54,556 bases of DNA, from the NCBI RefSeq assembly GCF_001194135.2, contig NC_068983.1, positions 27,153,108 through 27,207,663 of the forward strand, in the 5' to 3' direction. This DNA comes from Octopus bimaculoides (lineage: Eukaryota). Below are positions 23,851 through 38,050 of this stretch, piece after piece. A program made the translations under genes and the position numbers. The notes below the pieces were generated by a model that had not been told where the DNA came from, did not search any database, and was given only the letters and a program-made list of their open reading frames with translations. The stretch's first letter is position 1; each line of letters starts with the position of its first letter.

Positions 23851-25949
23851 AGCCAGAGTGTAGAATATGCATATAAGTTTATTTGCATTATAGAAGCACG
23901 AGCAACTGTGAAGTGTGCTACGGGAAAAATAGTTTACTTAGCGTTTTCTATTGGTGAATTCAAAATAATAGCGTTCGTAATTAATACATATATTCATCCG
24001 AAGCACTAAACCAAATTTTATGCAATTTACTCAACTTTCGAATTGAAAATATACTCCGTAAGGCTGGCATTCTTTGCAAGACCTGTGGGCAGCCTCAGAT
24101 TTTGTAAATGCTCTTATTTTTGTTATTATTACCACGCACAAAGGCACGCACACAAAGAATCATGACAGGTATAGTTCCTATATGCCATTTACGTACTCAT
24201 GAAAACTTCAACATCTGTACAGAATGCTTGTATATTGTGCCACAACGAGAAGGAAATCACTGCAACTCAGTGCGTCTGAATGTGATCCTTGCAGTCTGCT
24301 TGACCATGTCTTGCACATACAAACATGCGCACACACGCGCACGCACACGCGCACGCACACGCGCACGCACACGCGCGCGCACTCACATAAACATACACAT
24401 GTATAATATATATATATATATATATANNNNNNNNNNNNNNNAGAGAGAGATATATATATCGTGAGAGAGAGAGGGGGAGTCAGAGAGAAAGTGACTTCGC
24501 AGTTTCTTCGATATAAGCTTGGAAATTTTCTTTCTAATTGACAGTCCTACGCGAGAATTTTAAAGAACGCCAACCATTATCCATGCAACTGCTGCTTTTC
24601 TCATTTAAAAAAAAAATAAGATAACGCCAGCAAGGATTTGGCATCAATGTCAATACAGGCCTTTCCATGAAAACTCCAGAAAGGAGGGATTAAAAAGGAC
24701 ATTCATTTCAACAGCAGTATTTCCGACCTGTGAGATTCCTGTATTGATGCCGTATTTGTCAATCCCTAACTGATAGAACATGAAGTATAATGTGCAGCTA
24801 TCTTATGCAAGTAAGACATGATATTCTATCAGAAGCTGAGTTCACACTGTCAGTCCGCTTACATTTATAAAGAATGAGACATAGTCTGACTAATCTTAGA
24901 TACGTTAGGATGGCCAAGGCTACAATACTACAGAGAATATATCCGGCTCTGAGAATTGGGTCCAAACAATACCAAGCACAAATACGAAGCTTCTATTATG
25001 TTATATGACTGTATTCTTCTTAATTGAATATTTGAATGTTTATTCATGTAAGAAGTATTAAACTTACTTGCTGTAGGAATGTCGAGTGATTTCTTCATTT
25101 CTGAACATTTCTACATTATCAGTGTTAAAGTTCAGTTTTATTTAGTAGAAATGAATTCACTGTTAGTTTTTATAGAATCTAAATATTGAAGATGCACAAA
25201 CAAATATAACAACGTCAATGTACTGACATTTAGCTTTTCAATCCACATAGGATTTGAACTTTGAAGTGAGGAAGCTAAGAAAATACTCTGCTATCACTGT
25301 TTTCTCCACCACATTCAGTTGGCTGTAAATATTAACGCTCACACACACGACAACAACATCAGCAACAGCTCTACTAAATAATTATGAATATTATAGAGAA
25401 CAATCAATATATATTTATAAACTTTCTGAAAAATATATTTCTGTCCCAAACATAACTTATTTTTTGGGCTTCAAAATATTATAAAAACTATAACATTTTT
25501 TAATGTTCTCGTAGGCTCTCTATCATATTTCTTGCAACGTTAAATTATGAACATTGTTACAAGATAGAAATAAAACATCATATTTGATTAAGAAATATTA
25601 CAAAAAGTAAATGCTCTCACAACTAAAAATTTAAAGAGACAGTAGATCTACAATACTTATTTTTTATTGATATTAGTTATTTAAATATAAAACATTTTCA
25701 TGATTTTTTTAATTTCATTTCTCATCTTCCTTCCTAATACAAGTGCTTGCATAGGATATTTCATAGCAATTCGGAAACTTTAACAGAAAATACTTTAAAA
25801 AAAAACGGTAACGTGTTGAGGGTTATGTTAAGTTTCGTATCATGATAGGAGTTTGCTGGCTGTATGAAAAATTGTTTTAGCGTCAATGAGAGACTGGTGT
25901 GATTTTATATTGGAATAAATATACAATATTTTACAGACAATACAGAAGC

Positions 25950-26206
25950 TACAATGTGTTAATGCAAAACAAACACCACTTTATGTAAAGCTTCAAATAA
26001 GTCTGCTGTTTATGTATAACTTCAGAGAAGAAATCTGCAAAGTATTTATAAGTGCTTCTCTCATGTTCGTCGAGTTTTGCGATAGGCAAAACGAAGAAAC
26101 AGCGTGATTCTGAGAAATTATGTTTCGTGCTGGGTAAAACGGCGTCCAAAACAGTTGTCATGCTTAAAACAGCTTACAGGAACGCTATCATGAGCAACAC
26201 TCAAGT
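25950..26206 (+). mobile_element. Mariner transposase N-terminal (HTH) remnant
   Basis: KQRDSEKLCFVLGKTASKTVVMLKTAYRNAIMSNTQV resembles EQR..IKFCFKLGKTA.ET..MLK.AYG..MS.TQV; runs into gap 26207-26834. Confidence 0.8.
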
Positions 26207-28837
26207 NNNNNNNNNNNNNNNNNNNNNNNNNNNNNNNNNNNNNNNNNNNNNNNNNNNNNNNNNNNNNNNNNNNNNNNNNNNNNNNNNNNNNNNNNNNNNN
26301 NNNNNNNNNNNNNNNNNNNNNNNNNNNNNNNNNNNNNNNNNNNNNNNNNNNNNNNNNNNNNNNNNNNNNNNNNNNNNNNNNNNNNNNNNNNNNNNNNNNN
26401 NNNNNNNNNNNNNNNNNNNNNNNNNNNNNNNNNNNNNNNNNNNNNNNNNNNNNNNNNNNNNNNNNNNNNNNNNNNNNNNNNNNNNNNNNNNNNNNNNNNN
26501 NNNNNNNNNNNNNNNNNNNNNNNNNNNNNNNNNNNNNNNNNNNNNNNNNNNNNNNNNNNNNNNNNNNNNNNNNNNNNNNNNNNNNNNNNNNNNNNNNNNN
26601 NNNNNNNNNNNNNNNNNNNNNNNNNNNNNNNNNNNNNNNNNNNNNNNNNNNNNNNNNNNNNNNNNNNNNNNNNNNNNNNNNNNNNNNNNNNNNNNNNNNN
26701 NNNNNNNNNNNNNNNNNNNNNNNNNNNNNNNNNNNNNNNNNNNNNNNNNNNNNNNNNNNNNNNNNNNNNNNNNNNNNNNNNNNNNNNNNNNNNNNNNNNN
26801 NNNNNNNNNNNNNNNNNNNNNNNNNNNNNNNNNNTATGTATATATATGTATGTATATGCGCACTTACATGCATACATATTGTCTTCATTGCATCCATGCT
26901 TTTACTGATGTATTTTATTAAGACGTGGACAATATTTCTGAGTGACAACCAATACAGACTAATTCTCGGCAGAACATTTGAAATCGTTTATACGTTCGAT
27001 ACCCGTTTGAAATCAGATGCAATTCAATTTATATCTTTGCAGTCACTTTCATTTACATTACGAGTCGCCTTTTGTTACAGATGTAAGCGTGAAGGAAACT
27101 ACATTACCCACTTACTTCAAATATTCTAATAAATGCTGCATACACTCAAACTAGAACAATGAGTGTTCCACGTGTATGTTGTAGCTATTAATATCGTCCT
27201 AGTAGTTGTTCCTTCTGTTTATCCCAATTTAATCCTGAACGACAAGACAAGGAACCCAATCACCTTCTCGCACATACGCTTGTATCTGGCTCAATGTTGC
27301 CATTGGTATAGACGTCGAGGCTTGATTTAAGGGCAATTCAGCTACTGTTTGTACTAAATTAAATCTTTACTTAAACGGTCTTTTAGTTGTTCAGCGAAAC
27401 GAAGGCTGAGCTAAACGAAGGTTGAGCTAAACGAAGGTTATTGTCAATGTCATACATTTCGATTACTGATCTCAAAAGAAAAAAAACCCACCAATATCTG
27501 ATGACACAGCTACTTATCAAAGGTTAATGATGGGAAAATGTAATATCAAATATGAAAGAAATTGTTGTACACAGTACTCAGGTGAATTATAATGCATAGA
27601 AGTGTCTATTACATTGTTTGGAAAATTTAATTTTCGATCAGCAGTGATCATCATTAAACATCAGAAATGCAAATTCATGTACGCACATACATAATTTACC
27701 ACACGATGAAAATATATACCTCTCACATAACAAAAAATGAACGTAAAAAAACAGCGTTAGCAGTGATATATTTTCAGTCGAAGGTATTTATGCATATATA
27801 TTTGCTTAAATAATATCCCAATCAACTATAAATTTAGGAGATTTATTCTGCTATGTGGTTATTCTCACTATTAAATAATTATGAAGCGGACGTTGTGTCT
27901 TATTGTGCACTTTAGTCGGATAAATTAATTAGAACCGAAGGGCAAATTTCAACTCTATGTTTTAAGGTCATTCAGAATGCCCTACCCACTGATATTACAT
28001 GATAATTCAAATATTCGTGTGCACGTGCACATGTACATATAAATGGCTGCATGTTTATATTCGTACACACCTATAAATATATATGTGCATGAATAAAATA
28101 TATATATATTTGCGCCCTTATACGTGAATGTGTTCATGCATGTGAATGTGTGCGTATATACACAGTGATGGAAGAATCGAAGGTACGCACAAATAAAGCC
28201 TGGAAGATTACATACATACATACATGCATGCATACATACATACATACATACATACATACATACACATACACACATATACATAAATGTATAGCACACTCTA
28301 TAGAGACAAAGTTAATGCTTCACTTTCGGATAAAATTAGATGTGTTTCCGTCGGTAGTTATTACCTCACCATTTTAAACACCTAATATTCCCCATTTTGT
28401 AATTATTAATGAAATCAATTTATGAAAGTCAGTAATTTTCTTAGCATTTTTTAAATATATATTTCTGTTTATGGAATTCAGCGAATCAACGAATGTATTT
28501 AGAAATGCGGAAATTTGAACACCAAGTTAGATATTAACCTCTGCTGATCAAAACCTTGAACCAGTCTGTGACGAAGTCCTATTGAACAGGCAAGTGAGTA
28601 TAGATATATATGTGTGTAACATGGAATCCGGAACACACCATAGATTTGATATGTTGTTCAAATTTGGCAAGAACATTTGGATCATTATGATAAACGAAGA
28701 TAATATTTTCATAGAAACAAATTTTCACCGGTTTGGTATTCAGCAAATCCTTTATAAATAATTATCAAATATTAACTATCTTATTAAATATAATTAGATA
28801 TAATTGCATTCAATATATCTAATTAGTAAAAAGAAGA

Positions 28838-28886
<49 letters not shown>

Positions 28887-31800
28887 NNNNNNNNNNNNNN
28901 NNNNNNNNNNNNNNNNNNNNNNNNNNNNNNNNNNNNNNNNNNNNNNNNNNNNNNNNNNNNNNNNNNNNNNNNNNNNNNNNNNNNNNNNNNNNNNNNNNNN
29001 NNNNNNNNNNNNNNNNNNNNNNNNNNNNNNNNNNNNNNNNNNNNNNNNNNNNNNNNNNNNNNNNNNNNNNNNNNNNNNNNNNNNNNNNNNNNNNNNNNNN
29101 NNNNNNNNNNNNNNNNNNNNNNNNNNNNNNNNNNNNNNNNNNNNNNNNNNNNNNNNNNNNNNNNNNNNNNNNNNNNNNNNNNNNNNNNNNNNNNNNNNNN
29201 NNNNNNNNNNNNNNNNNNNNNNNNNNNNNNNNNNNNNNNNTATATATATATATATATATATGTACTATCTTTTAGAGGATTTAATTACATTTGCACACAT
29301 ATACCTCTTACAAATAGTATTTCATTCATTTCTATTACCATAATATTCTATCATGTATACCTAACAACTGCATTTTCCCATCATATTATCAATCATTCAG
29401 TTAACCTTAGTTCATATCTCCAATCCATATGACGAATTTTAGGTTTGATGCTTTTAAAGTAGTCGCTAATTTCTTGTCATCATTCAAGTCACATCCAAAT
29501 GATAATTAATGCATGCTAGATTACAGAGGTGTTTGTGCAGGGAATGTTAGTTATGGGAATTGTTAATTCCATGGAAATGTGACGCGTATTTAAATATTAT
29601 CTGAAATATATTATAGGACCATTTGTTAAGATAATAATCGACTTTATTTAATAAATATCTATCATATTCTTACTTAAAATTTTGCAAATGTTTTTATATA
29701 TTATTAAAATTAAATTTATTTAATGAAATGGTTTAGGAAAAAATACTTAAATACTTAACTAAAATGCTAAAATGTTAAGATGGTGGGAAATGTGCTTACA
29801 CTTGTTCGCTTATAATTTTTTATGTGACTTCATATATTTTATAGCATTGTAATTCGATGTTGTAGTGACATCTTTTGTATGCGATTTATTAGTACCCACG
29901 AAAGTGTAAATACCACACAAATGCGATCCGTTGAACAAATGGGTATCTGTGGTTCACAATACTTGAACCTCTCAACAACAATTTTACATACTTCATTTCA
30001 ATATCCCTTACTCTTGAAATAGTCACCAGTTATTTTGATGATAGCGCCATAAAAAAACATAGCGGGAATGGCACAGAGCTTTGTAACTTATCAATCATGT
30101 ATAAGAGTGATTTGTTTTCATTAACTTAACATTTTAATACCATGTGTATTGTTCTTATATCAAAAGAAATTCTAACACAAATTTTAGAGGATGGTATTAT
30201 ATCGTCAAGTAATATACACAATGACGTGTCAATGTAATATATCATCAAGACGTATAATTATTTTTATGAACTTAGTAATATGCGTTTTGCAATTTCCATG
30301 AATAATATAAATTTTAATTTCTGTTTTTCTTTTATGTGAGTTATCTCGGCATTAAAAGCACATTTCTCTTACTTGACAACGAAAGTGTTAAATTAAAATA
30401 CATGAGCATTTCAAGTTACATGGAAATTGCGTTTATTCTTCTTTGTTTTTATATTTTACTCACCATAAAATATCACGTTCAAACAAAACGAAAACGGTTA
30501 AAATATCAATGTAAGTGGAATATATGCTTTTGTTTTTACATTCCTCTCATACATGATATATGACTATAATACACTTTAAAAGGCATCTGTGAATTAAAAA
30601 AAGTTACATTACCTACGATAAGTCCAGATACAATGAATACATTAATAGTTAGCAATGACAGCAATAACATATTTTAATACCTCCATTCTTCTGGTTCACT
30701 GTGTATCACACAATTATTTACACAGTAATCCTCAGCATCACGTGACAGTGATTTTTTTCTGCACCCTGAAGGAGCGGACTTCCAGGACCAAAACCTGTGA
30801 CTACTAGTCACACAATATAATATAATATTGTTATCTTCGGCTTGTTGGTTATTTAACTTGCAACTACATTGAGTCTAATCGGTGAGAACAGTGACATTAT
30901 AAAAAACGTATTTTCTTAAATGTTGCCATGAAGCAGAATGAAAAACAAACGAATCAAAGGATGAATGAATTCAAGAGTGTTACCCGCCATCAACATTAAA
31001 TGTACATTTGTTTGCACATTATAAATTGACCAGGCCGGTTCCGCATCTTCAGGAGAGTGACGTTAGCCTTCAACTTATATTACTGGATTTTAATTGTTTG
31101 GATGCATATGATCTACTCAAGGGAGATAATATACTGATGAGACGATCAGTGCATAGTCACCAGCTTCAGTTAAGAGTAAATAAGATTTTAAATACTTGCG
31201 GCAAGATAATGTGCGTGGATATGAAGTATTAATGACTCAGTGTCTAAAGACAGGATCAAATCTGACTAAAAATAGGTTGATCTCTTTAGCTAAAGTTTGC
31301 AACTTTTGGGTAATAACTAAAAAAGAAGATAGGTCTCTTTGGCCACTGTTAGCAACCCTTTTGCTGAAATGAACACACGAATGTGTGAAATTAAATGAAA
31401 ACAGTGAATGAGTATAGTGATAAATGTTTCTTGCTCACCAGCCGTTTTGCAGCACTACAGCAGAAACTGGGCCTTCACTCTGTTTCTGTTCTGTAATATA
31501 TTATGTTGCAAAATGAAATCAACAGGAGGGCAAGGGACCGTTATCTATGAAAGAAAGGAATACAATAAGAAGTCAAGTGAAGAGTGCTAGACATTCGGAA
31601 AAGTTCACTAGGAATGTAATCTCAGTAAAACATCAGCTCATAAATCGAATTGAAAAAATGTGGCAAAATATTAAGACACGAGTGATTATCCAAATAATGT
31701 GCAAATGTGATTCAAAACAAGCCTAATAGTATCTCCTTTCTTGTGATGTTCATTATTATGGCACTCTATTGCACGAAAATACAATGAATATTTCATAAGA

Positions 31801-32330
31801 TGATGTATTCTCAGATATATTGCACCTGAAAATAAAGACATAGGATTGTTACTACCTAGGTGACTTCGATAGTAGGAGTGCTCAACCCTAGATGACCTAC
31901 TATAAACAACAGTAACTACAATGCGGCAAGAGAGTACGGGTAGCTTCGTTGCAACGTAATTGTGTGAACCACAGTTGTAGCTCTATTTCAACTAAATATT
32001 TCAGCTATAAAGAACGATACCTTTCTTTCTGATAGTCTGTGGAGAATTACCAAACTTTGCACAAATTTTCACAAATGTCTCACTCTTATGCATAAGGAAG
32101 AATACTGAAACTACAAAATTATCCAACGTCGGGTGCATGCTCAACCAGAAACACAGAACCAGAGATATAAACTTCTGAGTTAAGCATATAGATTTATTGA
32201 AATACTATTTCGATTTCTGCTTTCCATTAACTTTTTCTAACAAACATCGTGCTAATGTTTTTGACATGCATGTAAGTGTAGCATTGCACACTTAGACAAA
32301 TGCTGTGACTTTTTTATATTAAAAGGATAT

Positions 32331-32485
32331 TTTCATCCGTTCTGAGTTTAAATTCCACCGAGGTCGATTTTGCTTTTCATCCTTTCGGGGTCGATAAAAT
32401 AAGTGCCAATTGAACACTGGGATCAATGTATTCAACTTACCATCTATCCGCAAAACTGCTGGTTTTGTGCTGAAATCTGAAATCG
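32331..32485 (+). mobile_element. SINE family A, 5'-truncated copy
   Basis: Direct similarity to 14645-14800 (ttctgagtt.aaattc.cc.aggt..ttt..ctt.cat.cttt.ggggtcgataaaataagt). Confidence 0.85.
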
Positions 32486-34947
32486 ATATAAGAAGGTCAT
32501 TGATGCTTGTTCTATGCATTCGGCATAGTCTATCTGATAGTACCTTTGTAGCTGTCGGTTTATCTCAAGTCAGTAATATCCATCTTTATCACTGCTAAGG
32601 TAAAGATTTCTGTAAATTCCTCGGCCTGAATATCCTCCACAAGATAGAAGCTCTATCTTCATCGGGTCTACATTTTCTCTTAGAACGTCATCGCTATTAC
32701 AGACCATTATGAACACGACTGTAATCTTTGAGGAAGTGGCATTCACCATAGTAGTTACCTTCAACGGTACACATTGTATGAACACGGGAAATATGAAAGA
32801 CAATTCGTTTTCAGTAACTTTACGAAGACAGGATATTTAAAATAAGTCCCTGTATAACGAAGATGTTTTTTTTTTATTCTGTAGGTTAAAGCAAGTAAAA
32901 ACGTAAAGATGCAAAGCAACTAAAAGTTTGGGATAATTTATTTTATTATAGTGTCCAGTATCCAATTGTAAAAATAAATATATTGTGGAATGTTTGGGAT
33001 GTAAGCGGAATGGAATTTGTATTAACAATAAACTTGATGGGGAAGAGCTCCATTTGCTGACCGGAATGAATATATTCCGGGATTGATTGTTTTAGAATAT
33101 ATAACGAAACATTATTAATAACTGTACTTGCAACATGTACAATGTAACAATGACTAGCTGACAGCAATTCCATGTATACTCAAATTAAATTGTGTAGGAG
33201 AATGACAGAGAAGCGTAAGGAAAATGCAGGTATTGAATACAGATATTGAATAACGACAAGTAAATCCAGCAGTACACGATGCATAGACTTATTGATGGAA
33301 AATACCTTCGAAAACAAAATAGCTACGGATTACAGATAAGTAATACGCTAATGATAAAATCAGCGTGGAGTGAGTATCAATAATTAGTATATTCGATACT
33401 TGACAAACTGCAAAGTTTTTGCGCATCGTGATTGCTTCTTTAGACACTCGATCGAAGGAAGTTGAAAGACAAATTAAGTTATAGGAAAGAAAACTGTTGA
33501 GGATATGCAGGATGACTGTACTGCATGAGTGTTAAATAGAACATACTTCTAAATGTATTGTTTAAAATTGATTTTTTAAAAATCGTACAGTCATTAAATT
33601 GTATATTCGAATATTTTAACATGGCCTTAATTTAGTTTGAAATTAAAATAAAAAGAATTATTATTATTTTTCACCATTTATTTCATTGAAAATTATAGTA
33701 AATATATTTCATTATAGATTATAGAAAATATATTTCATTATGGATTATAGAAAATATTTGGGTAGGCGTAGTACATGTATGTATCTAGATCAATGAAAGG
33801 TAAGTCCACCCGTTGGTATTTGATCACACAATGTAGTTGTATTAAATTTCATGGTCTGATGCATATAGAGAGATGATCTAATTTTCTGCTGCTCCAAAAA
33901 TCTCTTGAAAGGATTTTAGACTTAGCCATATGCCACTATTATATTCTTTTTGTGAAAGGGCATGATCAATTACGTGCATTTAATATTTGACTTGTATTTT
34001 TTTTTTTTTTGAACTCGGATTCGGGATATGAAAAGCTGACGTTAATGACATTTAAAACTCTTCGTGATGCTTAAAAGTATGATTGTATTTATTCTTCAGA
34101 ATATATAGAGTGTTCTCTTATGTAGTTTAAATTTTCGTCACCCTGATCACTTTGTCAAACTAAGCAGATGCTTCTAAAAGTCATCATTATATATTCAGTA
34201 GTATAAAAATAGTTATTTAGATGAAATACTTATATCAATATTGTTTACATTCAACTTTTCCTTCTATTATCTCTTTGATTCCTCAGAATATTTACAGCCT
34301 AGATTAATAAATACAATGGCTTGTTAATTGGAACTGTTCGGTAGATTTGTTGAGAAAGAACCAGAATTAGAAAAAGTGTAGGGAGAAATGTTCAATTTGC
34401 ATAGAAAATAAGACAAGTATGAAATTGAAGTTCATCCATTATTTTTTCATACAAATTTTATTATACTCAAATAATATCTGATTTGCTGTAGTGTAAATAT
34501 GTATTGGAATACGAAATAGAATTTTAGCGTTCATAAAAATTTTCTTTTATTTTAAAATGTCCATGACAATTTTGTATTCAATTAGGAAAGAACGAATTCA
34601 CAAAATATAACTACAACCATAACTTTTGGGTTAAATTTTAAAACTTGTCTACGAATCAAATAATGCGATTCTTCAAACATATTCGATAATTGACAAACGC
34701 CTCACTTCAGCTTATTTAATTTTTTATTTATGTATATATATATTTACTAATTTTTAGATTTATTTATGTATAATGTCTAGTAATTTTGTGTCGTAATGTT
34801 TCACTATTATATATTTCTTTTGAACATATCAAATAATCAGTGAATACATCTATTTAAAATTTAACCTCTCTATATATACGCGTATATGTGTGCGTGTATG
34901 TGAGTGTATGTGTCTGTGTACCCGTATGTGAGTGCGTGTGTTTGTAT

Positions 34948-34982
<35 letters not shown>

Positions 34983-35394
34983 CATGGATAGATAAACAGA
35001 TAGATATACACATATAAATGTATATATGTACATACATAACTATATATACACATACGTAGATAAACACATGTGCACACAAGCACGCGCACGCACACGCACA
35101 CACACATATCTAAACGAGTTTATGTTATTTAACAAGGTCATGAAAGCTGAAAAGTGTTTGCTCGTCTCGGCGGTCATTGCTAGTGCAATGATCGTCTCCC
35201 AATAATATATTGTGTATATTAGAGCAAATCTATGAAGAGATATCCTATCATACTAAAACCAGATTATCGACGCGTCAATGGTGTATAAATGTTGTGATAT
35301 GCATTTAATCTCTCTCGGTCTCTCTCTCTCTCTCATTCACTATCTCCCCCTCTTTTTCTCTGTGTGTCACTATATGTATCTATCTGTGTCGGTA

Positions 35395-35570
35395 ATGACA
35401 CAACGGTCTCAACGACATTTTTGCTCTACCTGTCACTCACTAAAACACCTGTCTGTGTTCGGATTGTCGTTGCACAGGGACCATCCGGACACACGCCTTC
35501 ACCTTGAACAGGAATTAATCTTCGCTCTTCACTCTTTTGCACCACATGGGGTCAGCTCCCCTCCTCTTTA
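35395..35570 (+). mobile_element. PLE GIY-YIG C-terminal fragment, a different PLE lineage from 19.6-20.8 kb
   Basis: RHFCSTCHSLKHLSVFGLSLHRDHPDTRLHLEQELIFALHSFAPHGVS resembles the PLE motif HFN...HS...L...GL..H....R...EQ.LIF.L....P.G.N. Confidence 0.68.
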
Positions 35571-36347
35571 TATCTGACTCCTCTCCTCCCTTCATCTGAC
35601 ACATATTTCCTCTCTTCACGCCTGCCCAACTTCCCTCTTCATTGATAACAAATATACTCTCACCCCCAATTGATAAATGCTTAGTAAATTAATTTGGTCT
35701 CTGAAGGAACAAAATAAACAATTTCATTTTGAATGGAATAATTTATCTAGTCCCTTTCTATATGATAAAGGTAAATTTTCTTGTCCGCTCTATAACGAAG
35801 AACATTATTTCATTCTGTTCTCGGAGAATTCTCTTGTAAACACGTTTCAAGAAAGCGCTTATCGTTGCAAACATTGGCAAAAACATACCTTTAGTTCCTA
35901 TAAGTAATTTCTACCAATTTATAAAATTCGACTTTTAATTGTCTTCTTACATTTCATTTCCACTAAATATATCTATTTCCACGCCTTCAATCTTTATTCT
36001 CATTCATCTATCACACTAAATTTCTCCACTCTTGGTTTTCTTTCTTTGTCACCCTTCTCCTTCCCTAAATTGCATTTGACGTTAAATCTATTAAGGGTTT
36101 TTTTTTTTAAATAACTTGCTAATATTCTCTTCATCATACACGCAGTAATCAAATTCGGTTAAAATGACTTATTGATGTGTTTTGTTTTTCTTTTCTCCAC
36201 TGATGAGAAGATGGCATTGTTTTACATAATTTTATTCCCTCTGGAATAATACCAATTATTTTTTCTTCGAAACATATGTCGGAAGTATAAAGATTTGAAT
36301 AACGGCTGCGTTTAACTCTATTTCGTTATACATACATACATACATAC

Positions 36348-36727
36348 ATCATACGAACGTAATTATACTTACGTACGAATGGGTGTGTGCGTATTTGTGT
36401 GCGAACATAACTATGGGTGTTTGTGTGCCTTCATGTATGTTTGCATGCATGTTCATACAGTGCGGATCTACCATAAAGCTAATGCAGCTTAAGCTTCAGA
36501 GACCCTAATGCTGGAGGGGCCTTTCTAATGAAAAAATTGAGTTGCATTAGAAAGGCCCCTCCAGCATTAGGGCCTCTGAAGCTTAAGCTGCATTAGCTTT
36601 ATGGTAGATCCGCACTGTATGTACATGCATGCAAACATACATGAAGGCACACAAACACCGATAGTAATGTTCGCACACAAATACGCACACACACATTCAT
36701 ACGTAAGTATAATTATGTTCGTATGAT
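36348..36727. repeat. Long inverted repeat: 183-bp arms (36348-36530 and 36545-36727), 14-bp spacer
   Basis: Direct manual alignment of the left arm to the reverse complement of the right arm: no gaps and about 7 mismatches. Confidence 0.97.
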
Positions 36728-37175
36728 TACTGCGTGTATGATGAAGAGAATATTAGCTCTGCCGCCTCCCATTGCCAAATATGTCTACTACNNNNNNNNN
36801 NNNNNNNNNNNNNNNNNNNNNNNNNNNNNNNNNNNNNNNNNNNNNNNNNNNNNNNNNNNNNNNNNNNNNNNNNNNNNNNNNNNNNNNNNNNNNNNNNNNN
36901 NNNNNNNNNNNNNNNNNNNNNNNNNNNNNNNNNNNNNNNNNNNNNNNNNNNNNNNNNNNNNNNNNNNNNNNNNNNNNNNNNNNNNNNNNNNNNNNNNNNN
37001 NNNNNNNNNNNNNNNNNATATATATACATATACATATATATAACTTCTACAAAATGAACAATTCTTCATTTATGGATATATATTCAGTTGTGGACCCTTA
37101 TCTTGATCGCTGTGGCTAATGATAAGATTACCCTATTTTTTTTACACACAGATCTAGGCTCCAAGAGCAATAGCA

Positions 37176-37560
37176 ATGTTTTCAAGAAAGTATTTAAGTG
37201 GACACCAGAAACGCCAACTCAAGGTAAAGCAATCTCTCGAAATTTCTAAATTTCAAAAATTATCAAACTCTTTTAAAATGTCAAGTAAAAGTTTGTCATC
37301 ACCTGAATCTGAAACAAACCCTGCAAGCACCAGTGAAATCAATGGTAGTGCACGAACCATAACTGTTCTGTATTGCAATAATCAACCTTCTGTTGACACT
37401 TTTGATGCAGATGATAACCACGGTGGTCAAGAACTTCAATAAAAGAAAGAGCAGAAAAAGAAAACAGGAAGCGAATTAATGATTTCAAAGAATACAGTGA
37501 CCTGGCAACCTGGCCCGTAACAATTGATAATGATTTCATACAAATCTGTTTAATGCAAGA
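37176..37560 (+). mobile_element. hAT-type transposase N-terminal remnant (ZMYM1/THAP12-like class)
   Basis: MFSRKYLSGHQKRQLK..KFQKLSNSF (KYLSG.QKRK motif); after a frameshift KEYSDLATWPVTIDNDFIQICL (DP..WP motif preceding the TTF zinc finger). Confidence 0.6.
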
Positions 37561-37941
37561 CGTCCACACAACATGATTAAATAATTTTCATATTGAAATT
37601 GGTTAATTGGGTATTTCATCTGATGATGTAACTGAGTCTGTCAAGGGCTTGGTCAACGCGTTATGGGGTAACTCCTGTCTGGGAAATTCGCTCCTGATGA
37701 AATACACAATTAACTAGATTCTATATGAAAATTTGTAATTAACTTAGTTCAGTTCTATTTGTCTAATTGAATCACTTTGATATGGAAACGATTGTAGGGA
37801 CAAGAATTTCATATTATACTGATATGAATATCTTTGAATAAACTGATATCTATATGTCAATTTCTCCATTTTCTACTTTATCTCATTCATATGTGTGTGT
37901 GTGTGTGTGTGCGTGTGGGTGTGTGTGTGCGCGTGTGTGTG

Positions 37942-37972
<31 letters not shown>

Positions 37973-38000
37973 TTGTCTTTATATATATATATATATACAC

Positions 38001-38050
<50 letters not shown>

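Noticed and set aside
27403-27445. aaacgaagg[c/t]tgagct 16-bp unit, about 2.7 copies; considered as CRISPR-like or a binding-site array
   Set aside because: No spacers, and the context is eukaryotic; a simple local tandem duplication.
32570-32840. Overlapping open frames of about 70-77 codons on both strands
   Set aside because: No recognisable motif or convincing splice context; length is within chance expectation.
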